Notes under the pieces: model-generated
Told to the model about the DNA's origin: nothing
What the model saw: only the letters and a program-made list of their open reading frames with translations
Databases searched by the model: none
Program-made: the position numbers and the translations under genes
Part shown: in pieces, positions 50,720 through 62,741 of the stretch
Position numbering within the stretch: the stretch's first letter is position 1
How the letters are laid out: every line of letters begins with the position of its first letter
Assembly (NCBI GenBank): GCA_047495785.1
Contig: JBLDXI010000013.1
Location: forward strand, 372,001-436,000
Length of the DNA: 64,000 nucleotides
Direction of reading: 5' to 3'
Source of the DNA: Lepidodermella squamata
Lineage: Eukaryota > Animalia > Gastrotricha

Positions 50720-51711
50720 TCAGGTTGCAATGTCTTGATTACTGGCGTTGACGGCAGCTTTGTCTGATGCATTGCTTGGTGTTCTTGTGGGTTGCTTTTC
50801 TCCGATAGTCCTCAGGGCTAAATTACGAGTCGATATCGCTAAAGCTGTAATTGATGATGAATCTCGAATGTCTTGATATGCTGCAGAATCTTCGTCTGCA
50901 AAAGACGACTGAGGCACGAGATGTTTCGGCCGTCTCACTTCAAAACTTCGCTGAGGAGTATCAGCAAACAATTTGCCTTTGGCTGCTTGAGTGAGATGAT
51001 GGGAAAGGTCGTTTTTCAGCGCAGGCGTTGGTTGCTTTCCAGCAACTGAGCTCAGCTGCTGCTCATTCGTTGATACCGTTACAGTTGCAGCTGCGGCAAC
51101 AGCGGCTTTGGTCTCGTTGTCCAGACTTTTCTGAGAGCTTGATTTTTTATGCTTGCTCTTGCTTTTCTTGATTATTGCCTCCACGGCGTTTTCGTGGTAT
51201 TTAGTTTTCAAATATTCGTAGAGAAAGCGCTGACGAAGGACGTAGTCTTCATAATATTCGCGATATTTTGTCTCTGATCGGCGTTCTTTGTGGTTAAACA
51301 GAACCATAGCACCAATAGCAGCTGCATAGGCCAATAATACTACCAAAACGTACATGAGAGCATCAACCTAAGAAGAAATTGAAGATTCACAATTTAATCA
51401 ACTGACATTTTATAGCCCCGAACCTGCGGTGGCTGAACCGGTTTAGCGGGTAACGTCGGTGTCACGAAAAATCCGGGAAACGAATCATTGCCATCGAATT
51501 GGTATATCGGTGACAGCGTTGTCGTACGATAACTTTTTCCTTTGGAAATTTTATAGCCGCCAGTCCTGTTGGCTGGTTTTTCAAGCGATGGATTGCCGTA
51601 GCTAACTGGAGTAGGGCGTGGCCGCTTAGTTGAGGCTAAGATTATGTCGATGACTCGTGACAGGTTCACTAGGTACGTGTAAAGCTCCTGATCGATTGCA
51701 CCTGTCTCCAT
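50720..51711 (-). CDS. Single-pass membrane glycoprotein D, KCNE/MiRP-like; exons 51711-51424 and 51367-50720 (5' end may extend further)
   Basis: 56-nt phase-0 intron. The N-terminal region carries N-glycosylation sequons NLS, NRT and NDS. TM DALMYVLVVLLAYAAAIGAMVLF is followed by NHKERRSETKYREYYEDYV. Confidence 0.65.
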
Positions 51712-52938
51712 TGTCTCTTTTACTATGATAGAAACGTCTTGAGAAATCGGGGTATTCGCTAGCTACTAATCAGTGGGCAGAATTTGATGTGAGAAGAAAA
51801 TTGTATTGCAGTGAATTTGATAAAATAAAGCGGAAATTGATACGATGGGCTGCTCGTTCTTTCAGCCTTTCTAGTTCATTCCATTAGTCGGCGCGACAAA
51901 ATAGTTCAGGCGCAAAAATAATATTTAGCACTGAAAGAAGTGTCACCTGTACTGGGACTTATGGCAGCTTTTCCAATGCCGAATAGAGGCAATCGATAAA
52001 TCAGGTTGCTTTTGAATGCTGAAAATTAACGGCGCGTTCTCTGTGCCGCTTGTTTATACACTTTTTCATCTATATTCCACTATAGTTAATGCTTTCAGTC
52101 ATTTCACTATTTGTTCGCCTATCGCAAACATTTCAATAAAATGCAAATTGAATGATCGAACATAATAAAGCAGTGTTATTGGTATATTACGAATATCTGG
52201 TTTAAACCGCGGCCGGCAGTTGAAGTGACATGATGTATGCCTTGAAGGTTAAAACAGGTGATCAATTTCGTGGAGTTCTATCTATTGATTTTACGATGAG
52301 AGTTTTCAGCACCCAAATCGATGATCACAAGATTTATTCTGCCGTTGATGAGTGAAGGGAGCTCGAGCTAAATCCTAAGGCTTAGCGCCCTGCAGTAAAA
52401 AACTGAAACTTAATAATGACTGAAAGAATAGGTGGAAGCAAATAGAGCCTTTTCCAATATAACATGACATGGAGGTGGATGTGATCTATTGTATCACATT
52501 TTACTGATATCGTTCACTACATATAATAAACTCTTTATTCCAACATGAATTGCACTAAAGCGCGAAATCTCGACATAATTCTTCTGCCAGGGTACTTGTG
52601 ACTAGATTCACCCAGCCATTGCCGTCCAGTATAGCTGCGCTTTGCCTCGCCTTATTTGTCCTGGAATAATAAATTGCTTTTATCAACACCCGTCCTTTTC
52701 GCGCCCAGAATAACGCCTCAAAGAGACATCATTCAAGCCGATAGATTCGCAAATTGGCTGCTGCCGTATGGAGCAATTTGACAATAATAACTCATTTACC
52801 GGTAATTATTTTAGTGTTTATGCGGCTATAACGATCAATATTTAATAATAGCTAAATGCCTTGATAAATTATTTGCCTTTACTTTTTCGATAAAAATAAC
52901 TTTGCTAAATTTGCGATATTGGCGGTATTGCCAGAATT

Positions 52939-54405
52939 ATGAACAAAGCTAAAAAGGGATCGGCCCTCGAAGTGCAGATGACTAGCACTAAGAGGACAAC
53001 AACTGAAAAACCTAGGAAAGGCGGCAAAAATAATAAAAGCTCGACGCCTAAGACCAAGTATTCTTCTTCAATTATTGCAGCTCACGATGACGATGGCCAC
53101 GAGGCTACGACAAATTTGGTGCCAACGGACAGCTCAACTTTAAAAGACCATACCCATCAGCACATTCAAGGCGGCTCGTTTTGTCAGAACGGCCTCGATG
53201 CGTCTGGGTTGCGATGCGCCGAAAAGGTTCGTTTTTTATCTCATAATAGAAAACCCGAAAGTAGCCTAGTAAACGACCAGCTATCTGGAACCAGGTTCAA
53301 TAAACGCACCCGAGAATTGGTGATGGTTAGTAGAGGTTTGATTAAAGATTTTGCTTAATGATATTTTCAGAACTCGAGAGGCGTCGGCATGTACATCGGC
53401 GACATGATCATGGTTGCATCTGTGGCTGTTGTTATAATATCTATCGCCGCTGCCTTATTCTGGAAAATCAGCGATTTCGTGTGCACTCTGCATCAAGGCA
53501 AGCATGAATTCCAATTGAAAAGCTATTTGAAGGTCAGGCGACGGAAAAATCAACCGGGTCCGACCAAACCAGACAGCAAACCATCGAATATTCTGTCTTG
53601 GCTTGACACTGAAAAGCGCCGTTTTGATCTATCTGGCTTGGACGATGTCTTCATGAAGTCGCCGCCTCCACCGGCTTCAAGTGCCGACGATGAGTTGGCG
53701 CGGCTTCGCAACACCGTCAAAGCCACCTCGAGCCAACGTGTTTACTGGGCATCACCGCCGCTACAAGCAACGTCCTCCGTTCCTCCCGTGATTAGCAACG
53801 ACTCAATCGGCAGCAACAGCTCGTCGACATGGGGGGAAGACGATATGTCCGAAAACTCGCTAGCAGCGCGTCCACTGTCGATACACAAGCCTAACGCCTC
53901 AAATCAAGAATTGCAGAGTGCCGGCGACGCAAGTCGGTCGATTACGCTCGACTCTTTCGGACCGTCATCTGTTCAGCACCAGCAGTACCGTAGATCTAGC
54001 CGCTTCAGCAGTTCGACGGGAGCCACTAGTCTGACGTCAGCGGCTACAACTGATCAGCAGTCAATGGCCAAGGCCTCCCCGTTATTGATTGCAGCCTCAA
54101 AATTGCTATTAGCCGAACGGCCTTCAACCTCGACCTTGCCCGTTCGACCGCCGACAGCTACGAGCACGTCGAGTGGTACTGCTACCCTCATGCTATCCGC
54201 CGCTTCTCAGGCCTCCTCAGCTGCTGACATTCTGCTAGGCCCTACTGCGTCGAGCTTACGTTCCAAGTCACAGAGACAGGACGTACGGACGCTTCGAACG
54301 GTGCCCAGTGCCGTAGAGATGCTCTCCTCGTCGCAAAGAAGCAGCACGTCTGGTTACACGCCCGATTCGTGTTTCAAGATATACAATTCTGGAAAGATGT
54401 TATAG
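52939..54405 (+). CDS. Orphan single-pass membrane protein C (WKxxDxxC family); 5' end uncertain
   Basis: ORFs 52939-53358 and 53389-54405 join through the phase-0 intron 53326-53370, probably also an in-frame intron 53227-53280. Thr/Lys-rich N-terminal region, TM ASVAVVIISIAAALF then WKISDFVC, and a Ser-rich tail. Confidence 0.7.
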
Positions 54406-55898
54406 ACATTCCTCAGTTGATTCCCGAAATAGTAGGTAGCTTCTAGCGTTTTTTTCTTAATCTTACTCTTGATACATCTTTAACTTTCCCATAATATCGT
54501 CACAATTCAAAGGAAAACTAGGGTAAATCTCATGCTGGAACCTTAATTCAAGTAAGGAAAGACTCTTCCGAACTTGGATCGAATAACGCTTAACGCGTCT
54601 CTCACGATTCTAGCAGATTCCCAGATTTGAACTTGGACTAGAATTTCATTTGTCCGTTAGTAACTTCAAGCAATAACACCAGCTCTTTGTAATCGATGCT
54701 TTTTATTGTTATTTTTGTTCAATTTTAGCCAAATGACTTTTTCATCGAATAAATTTTGCTATCCCGATAATAATTATTCGCAATAATAATTGTGATAATG
54801 ATAGCGATGTTCTTTTTCCTTTGAGAAACCAACACAACAAAAACGAAACATATAGATGAGAGAAGAGAAAGATTCTCGCAAAAAATCTGAACTCAGATAA
54901 ATGCAATGTGTGCTTGTTACACCACGGCAATAAACTTTCAAAGGTACCATAGCATTTATCTTACAGGGGACTTGATCCGAGGATTATACGATGACAACGG
55001 CGGCTCAACTTGATTTCTTTTAGCAACAACAGAAGACAGATAGGTATATCACGACTCTTCTTGGTGCTGAAAACTCTCGGACCATCGACATAAATAACTG
55101 ACACACGCATGTGTTCATAATCGATTCCTGCGTCAAGTACAACGCGTATATATGTCTCCGGGCGAAAAAGAAAAAAATAATTAAGGCAAGGTATTGGCAA
55201 TTATTGTAGGTTGAACCCGAATTTCTGGTGCATTAGTCCATTGGAACCATGCGTGGGATGGCAAAAATGCGCGTAAAACTTGATGACGCGAAACGAATGA
55301 ATGATAGATAGCAGAATCGAGATATATAGTGAAGTGATGATTAATACCGCAAAGTCGTTCTTAATAAATGTTAAATGAAGATTAAACACATGATAATGCA
55401 CGGCAAGTAGTTTTGGACTAGTCGTTTGTTAGTTATAATTAGCTTCGCCTTCTGTCATTTTCCTCATGACTCCTTTTACTACAACACGCCGAGGCAGCGC
55501 TTTTATTGCAGGCGTATCTCCGGAGTCATAAAAAGTTTGAACGAGAGAGATAGAGAGGACGCACCTATACGAACGTTGTGAGCTGTGTTTTTTCAGTAAA
55601 AACGACACGAGAGATGGGCAAAACGCCCCGACGATTACAAGAAGATGATGACAAGCTGGCAAATAAACGCATCTGCGAGAGGCGAATAAGTAGTTTTTTT
55701 TACAAAATTGTGGTTTCAATAAAATCACTTGCAGATTTTTTGACGAAAAATGAGATGCACGACGCGTTTTGAATGATACAAAGAAGAGAGAGATATATAT
55801 AACAGCGAGATATATATATAGATAAAACAATAGCGATCTTTTTTCAAATTATATTAATACGAAAATTAATAGAGATACAGGATATAATATAAGACTTA

Positions 55899-57799
55899 TT
55901 AGTGGTCCATCATCATCGCGCCATCGGCCGCCGATGTCTTGGTGATTGTCGTCGAGGAGTTGGCGCTCGAGGTTGTAGGCTGAAGGGACCGGCCGCCGGA
56001 CGATCCTCCTGATTGTTGGTGTTGTCTGTGGTGCTGGCCAGCCGCCGCTGCTGCCGAGGCTGCGGCCATTTGGTTCGCCATCAAAACGGCATCAGCGCCT
56101 TGCCCGCCGCCCATGACCAGCGTTTTATCGATAATTTTAAGCATTTCGCTCATATAATTTTGTATCGCTTGTACCGCAGCTGGAAAATTAGAATAGTTTG
56201 GAATTTGTTGCCTTTGAAGTTTCTTTAAGCTTACCTGTAAGCGCAGGATTCCCGAATCCGTGGGTAATGAGCGAAAAGTGGGTTAGATGTCGTTGGATTG
56301 ATGCGTCCAATATGGGCTGGGGCCGGGTATTGCACAACGGAGATCTGTCCAACGCCAGGACTTCGCCGACTTCTTTCAATAATTGCCTAAAAACGGAAAG
56401 TTTTGATACATCCAACTGACTTTGATAAAGGCTTGAAGGCTTACTTTGACGCGAGAATCATGTTTTTGCGAGTTTGCAGCTCGCTGTGGTCGCTGAATTG
56501 GCGGGTGTTGAATTCGGCGAGCGGCCGCGCCGGGAACTCGGTTTCGCATAAATAACCAAAGTCTCGAGCCATGCGCAACGCTTCGCCCTCGACCAGCGAT
56601 GTGAACAGCGTCACGTTCGCCGCCTTGCGACGCCCGGCCGGCAGACTCAGTCCGATCTTCTCCAGCCGTTCTCGCAGCGATTTGCCGCCATTCTTCGACT
56701 TGGCTCGTCGCAAAACACCGCCGAGTAGAGACGCGTTTAGACACTCTGGTGGAGACAGGCGCCGATGCACCTCGGCCATGGTCACCTTGTACTTGGACGT
56801 GGACGAGAGGAGGGACAGGCGACCCGGCACAGAGCAGAAGACTTCCATGAACCCGCCGGCTTGTTGGTGCTGCTGTTGATGGTGCTGTTGCTGCTGCTGC
56901 TGACCCATCATGCCGTGATGTACTGGTCCAGGGTGGCCCATCGCCTGCTGGCCGTACATTGCGGCGTGGTCGGGAAGTCGACGGATGAGCGCGGCGCTGC
57001 TCGGCGCATTCGCCAGCGTCGTGAGCTGCTTGCGCGGCGGCAACTGGTGGTGCTGCATCTGCGGCATGCCGACGACGCCGACGCCACAGCCCGTAGAACC
57101 GACACTGTCGTCGCTGTTGAGGCACGCCTCGCCCTTGACGTCGTCATCGTCCTCGTCCGACGACTGCGCGGTGCCATCCGAACCGTCACCATGACCCGGC
57201 GATGAGTTGCTGGTCGTGGCGCCGCAACATGGCGCCGGCGACGCCGAAGACGCCGACATCATGGCTGCAGCCACTTTGACGGCGGCGGCGATTGCTGAAG
57301 ACGACGAGGCTGAAGATCCCGACGACATGCAGTTGTTAACCATTTGCTGGTGTTGCATGTTTTGGTAAACCGAGTTCGGACTGACCATCACCATCGACCC
57401 ATCGCCGCCTCCAGACATCGCGGCAATGGCGGCAAAGTCGCTGTGGCCCCTCGCGAATCCGTTCGAGGTCATGTGTTGTTGAGGATCATTCGGCTGCTGG
57501 TAACTCCGGCTATAACCGACATGCTGCATGGCGGTGGGAGCTGTGAAGTACATGGTATCTTCGGTACCTCCCGATCCTCCTGACGATTGCTGGTATAGCT
57601 GGCTGCTCTGGAAGCCGCCGTTCATGTAGCTGCCGTTGCCAGACGTGCCGAAGTACTGGAACTGGCCGTCGTTGGGGCTCTGGGCCAGGCGCGAGCCGGC
57701 GCCGCTCGTCGCAGCCGCGGCAACTGCGGCCTGTTGAAACAGCCCGGCTGCTGCCGCCTGCTCGGCCACCGCTCGCTGTGACAGTTGTTCATTTCGTTT
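55899..57799 (-). CDS. TFAP2: Transcription factor AP-2; exons 57799-56445, 56386-56235, 56179-55899; first coding exon unresolved
   Basis: Basic region [52 protein letters not shown] and helix-span-helix [26 protein letters not shown]. Confidence 0.97.
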
Positions 57800-59394
57800 C
57801 TGCAACACACAAATCAAATCACGTAAACGGTTTTCGTCCCCGAAATCAACACCACTTTTGACTTTTATCTCAAACAACAACCGGTAGCCGTGCCGCGCGC
57901 GGGCGCAGTCGGTGGCCACTGATTGCCGGACGTATCGGGAGACAATCGCGCACCACGTCGCTTACTAATTTGTCAAACTCAAAGGCGGCGGTGTCTGCGC
58001 GCGCACAAGTAGTTGACCCAGCAGGCTGTAATTATGACACGGCAGCGACTTGGCGCCACAATACTTACGCCTACGTCGAATTTTTTACTCCAGCCCACTC
58101 TCGTATGTTTCGATTATTTACGCGCATTGTTCGCTTAGCAAAATAAATAATAAAAGATACAGTGATAACCACGCAATTTCTAGGTATCGTATACGCTATC
58201 AATACACCCTCGTATAAAGCGGCGCCTGGTAGCCGACCTTGGCTCGATCGCTACCAGATGTAGTACGCTTGGTTGAATGAACCATCTCAAGTGAGTGTTC
58301 CACAAGAAAATGATGCGTAAATAGACACTGAAACAAGTGGGCTAGTGTTGTAATGGGAGAGGATGAAAGCGAGCGTAACACCGAAGCTGATTATCGCGGC
58401 TTGTTGAACAAGGTGGTATCTATTGATTGGGTGAAGATTATTGCTCGCCAATAAACAGCGTAATAATCGCAGGCGCATGCCGACACAGGCGCGGGTTAAG
58501 TGACCCGATGAGCGCGAGCGGGAACTTTTATTGCGGCCTATAATCGACGCACGCGGCCGGCGCTCTTTCTTCGCGAAGAAAAGTTGAACGCCGCCGCGGA
58601 ACTTCAAGTGAGGTGCGAGGCCACTCGACTCGCCCGAGTGCGATGATGCTACCCAGGTGTGAACAACACGCTATTGCGCAATCAAAAACAAAACCGGGTA
58701 ATTTAACAAAAAATTTAACTATGCCAAAGTCAAATTGATAATTGCGCCCGCAACGATAAATTAGGCGTGGAGACAAATACGTATAGCTAGTGGCAGCCTT
58801 TGGTGTTTAGCTGGACTAAATCCACCTCGGGGACACGCTGGCAATAAGTGCCACTGTGCCGCTGGCTATTTCAAATATGAAATTTGCCGTGCATGAGCGC
58901 CCGAGGAAGGCCATGCTCGAAGCTGTAAAAAGTAATACCGAGTGAAAAACGAACCTGCCACGCTGATATGTCAACTGCCGCGAGGAAGGACATGTTGGCG
59001 CAAATTTCGGATCTCGTTAATCGACGATTATCGAATAGAGCCGCGAATAGCTGGCCGCCGATTTGTTTCAACGGCGATACTAAAAACTAGATAAAATACA
59101 TGCCGAAATACTTATGATGCGATCTGTAAGAATGGGCGATTAGCATAAAAATGCAAAATGTTTTAGTTAAATGAGAAAGAGTAATCGTAGTGAAAAGGGA
59201 ATTCATGGCTGGAAAACTCGAACGCCACCAGCCGCCGATACTACTACAACGAAAAACTACTAGCTCGTAGAAGTGTCGGCGATACTACAAAATGTTGGGC
59301 TCTGATGTGCGCCGCGCTCGGCCGGTTATAGAATTATCCTACGAGCTTGTTCCTTTCTCTCTTCACAGCTCGAAAAAAGATCGCCCGCGGCGAT

Positions 59395-59465
59395 GCGCGC
59401 TCATTGGCTGGCGCGCGCACCGACCGACCAATCACGTTGCAGCTCGCGTAACCACGTGCGCGCGC
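59395..59465. promoter_or_regulatory. Promoter-like CpG-rich element upstream of AP-2 (opposed CCAAT boxes and an E-box)
   Basis: ATTGG near 59403, CCAAT near 59428 and CACGTG near 59453, within GCGC-rich sequence in the gene-free interval 5' of AP-2. Confidence 0.35.
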
Positions 59466-62400
59466 GTTATCTCACGCATGTAAATGCTTGCGTGTATTAC
59501 ACGGCGCAAACACGCTTCAAACAAACAAATAACGATGAGTATCATGGCGCCACTCGAAAATTAAACCGCCGAGTAAATTCAAATAAATTGAAAAAATTAA
59601 AACTAGTCTTCAGCTGGTTGTATAAGTTGATTATTAACAGTCTCGTCGTAGAGAGACAATTAATTTTAATTCAATTGATTTCAATTTTTTGTATATTAAT
59701 TTTCCGTGTCACTCTTCGACGACCGCGACAGTTGGCACATGTGCTGGAATTCGTTTTAGCGATTTTCTATCAATTTTAATCGGCTTATCTCTGGCGCGAT
59801 GTTGTCGTCTTTACACGGGCCGCTGTCACAGGAACCAAGCTAATCGTCTTCGAGCTTGACGGACAACATGTGGTGGCAAGGCGGACTCTATTGAGAGATA
59901 CAACACGGAGAGACAATTACCGCGCTCTCTTTCTCGACGTGTCATCGCCGCGCATATGGCCGAGCAGGCCGGAAGATGCGCGCTTGTTGGTTATTAGGAA
60001 GCTGTTTTGTTTACACTGAGGGGTATAAGCTAAGTAAGTAACTCGACTTGAACCAAGTAAGTATATCTTCTTCGAAATGCTGCTGCTGCTAAATGAACAC
60101 GCGCGGCTTCGTCGCTTTATTAAAGACGATCGAGCCACGCAGCACAGACTGTCTGAGCCGCGTGCCTAAACTGGCACCCTGATGGGTCACCAAGTCCGGC
60201 GCGCACACCTTGCAACAAACAAGCGCCGTCGTGTTAATTGCCACCATTCAGGCTAATGATGCTGCAAAAAGTCAATCTACTACCATCCGCCGCTGTTGAC
60301 ACCTTGAGCGGCGGCGTTTTATCTCATCGTTTTATGTGTTGTTTATTTTTATTTATTTTTCATAAGATTATATCTTGGCTGTAAACATTAAGGTGGTTTT
60401 TATTGCATCATTTTTTCCACGCCATAAAAAATGAAAGGTAGGTCAAGTGGGCGGCGGCGGCGGCGCCTAATTGTCGCAGTCGAGTTTTATTGTTGTGGAA
60501 TGGGGAGAACGCGACTAGGAAATGAGACGAAAGTCGAGTCGCGGATTTGTTCGCAGGTCGTGGCCGCGGGGCAGCGTTAAACCGGCGTTGTCTAACGCGC
60601 GCTGGCTCGACGGTCAACTGGCGCTCGCGGCACTTTTCACGGTGTCGTAATGGGCGGGATTACTACTCAGGTAGATGCGCGAGCGCGCGCGCGCCGATCG
60701 AATTGAGCAAAGCCCGAACGCGCCAATTAGCAAGCGCCATAAGCTCACGAGGGCTTAATTGCCATCCTTGACGTCGCGCGATGGTGCTCGTGTTTTCGCA
60801 GCGCAATAACAATAACAAAAACAGTGATCGATCTTGGGGTGAACGTACGCGAGCACCGTCTGAGAGGTCCGCTCGCAGGTGTTTTTCTACCTGTGGTCTC
60901 TACGTTGTCGCGAGCGTCTCCGTCTCGAGCTACCAGCAGCGAACGGGCGTGAGAACAGCACTAATAGCCGATGAGCCGGTGTTGCGAAAACACGATTTGG
61001 CGCGGCTAAGAAGGCAAGCGCGCTAGCTAACTTCGTCAGCTTTTTTGTCAATAGACGACACGCCGAGGGATTATCATCGCCATCATCATCATCGGCGCCT
61101 GAGCTTCGGCTTGCGGATTTTCGGCGCTAGGCAGTGCGCTGACGTTGTGGCGCCCGCGGCAAATCACACTAAGTTTGGTTTAATAAACGATAACACTGCG
61201 AGCATTTATATTGTTATTGGCATCAGCGCGTGGTTTGGCTGGTGCGCGCTCTCGAATTATGATTAAATTAGCATCTATTGCCAGTGGCTGATGATGGATG
61301 GATCGCTGTGCGAGAAAATTGTCCTCGAGGGCTCGCTCATCATCGACTGTTCGCCAGCTATACTACAACAGGGCGTGTTTTCGCTTTATTATTGCCGAAC
61401 CTTACGAGACACGGCTTGTTTTTACTCAATACATGGTTGTGTTATTAACAATAAATAATAATCAAATTATTATTATTTCTGTCTCTGTCTTGTCTGCGTC
61501 TTGTTCTTCTACGATCGCAGACGCGCACATACCGGAGCGTGTGCGAAAAAAAAACGGCCCGGGGCTGATCTCGCACTTGTTGCGCAGGCCGTAAAACGTA
61601 CACACACCTGAGTTAAATAATATATTTTTTCTGAAGATACGAATTCCTACTTATATATTCTGATTGGTTTTACCCGATTTTCCTCATCTTAACCTGGTTA
61701 ACAGGAAAAGAAGGGCAAGAAACTGCAAAGCTGATATCGTGTCCAAAAATGGTTTCGTAGCAGACTTGAATCATTGAAAATGTACTGAGATAAAAAGTTG
61801 ATCAAAATTGAACGGGATTTTAATGTTTTTCTGATGTTATCGCGAAAAGCTATGGGACAGAAACCAACAGTGAATTAGCAATGTCCCAAAAATTCGGAGT
61901 TGGCTTGGAGATTCAGCCGACTCGTCTTACATGCTAAGTCTCAATTAGGTATCCAGCATTAAGGTTTGTCAATCACAGTAACTAGCTATACAGGCATCGG
62001 CTGGTAATCAAAAGCAAACAGATTGGAAGATTTCGAAGATTACCTGGGGTCGGGCTTCGAACAGGCCCAACTTTTATGAACATCACATCGGTAGTTCGCA
62101 ACTTGATGATTAATCGCAATGATCAATGATGATTAAACAGTTCTTCGGAACCACTGATAACGCGCGACGATTTAATTTTATTGTTGATTTTTCGCCTATC
62201 TATGGAAATAAGTATGACGAAGTAGTTGCAAAATGCAGGTTAAGATGCCTTTTCAATATTCACCAAGTATTGCACGAAGAATGTAGATGGCATTCTAAAT
62301 ACCTCCTTTCATGCCGAGACCTTCATTTTCTTCATGATTTTGCTGAAGCTATCTCTGCCAGCATGAAGCTGCTGGATAATAAATTCATAAATTCAGAATC

Positions 62401-62741
62401 ACCTGTTACCAGTGAAAATTATTACGTTCCATTTTCCAGTTGTTCTCAGCGTTTTCATCATTCATGAAAGCGATATTACTATATTGACTAACTATACAGG
62501 TGTACGAGAGCGGCATTGTACAATAGCAAGACGACTAAATTTTGTCGATTTCAACCTAGCAACGCCCTTTGAGTGTGAAATAGCGGTCGCCCTTTTTGAT
62601 ATAGGCATGCATACATTCACATAGGCACACACTCATACTCACATGTTTTGTTTTACTATTAATAAATCCTCGCAAAAATATTCTCCATTATAGCTGGTCA
62701 CTGGTCACCTCGGCAAGGAATTTTTATTTTGAATTTAAACA

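Noticed and set aside
56376-57125. 249-aa alternative-frame ORF inside AP-2
   Set aside because: Expected by-product of GC-rich codon usage; no protein-like features.
57800-57919. N-terminal 40 codons of the 492-aa AP-2 ORF
   Set aside because: Begins at a non-ATG codon and lies upstream of a clear acceptor (ttgcag at 57800); most likely intron.
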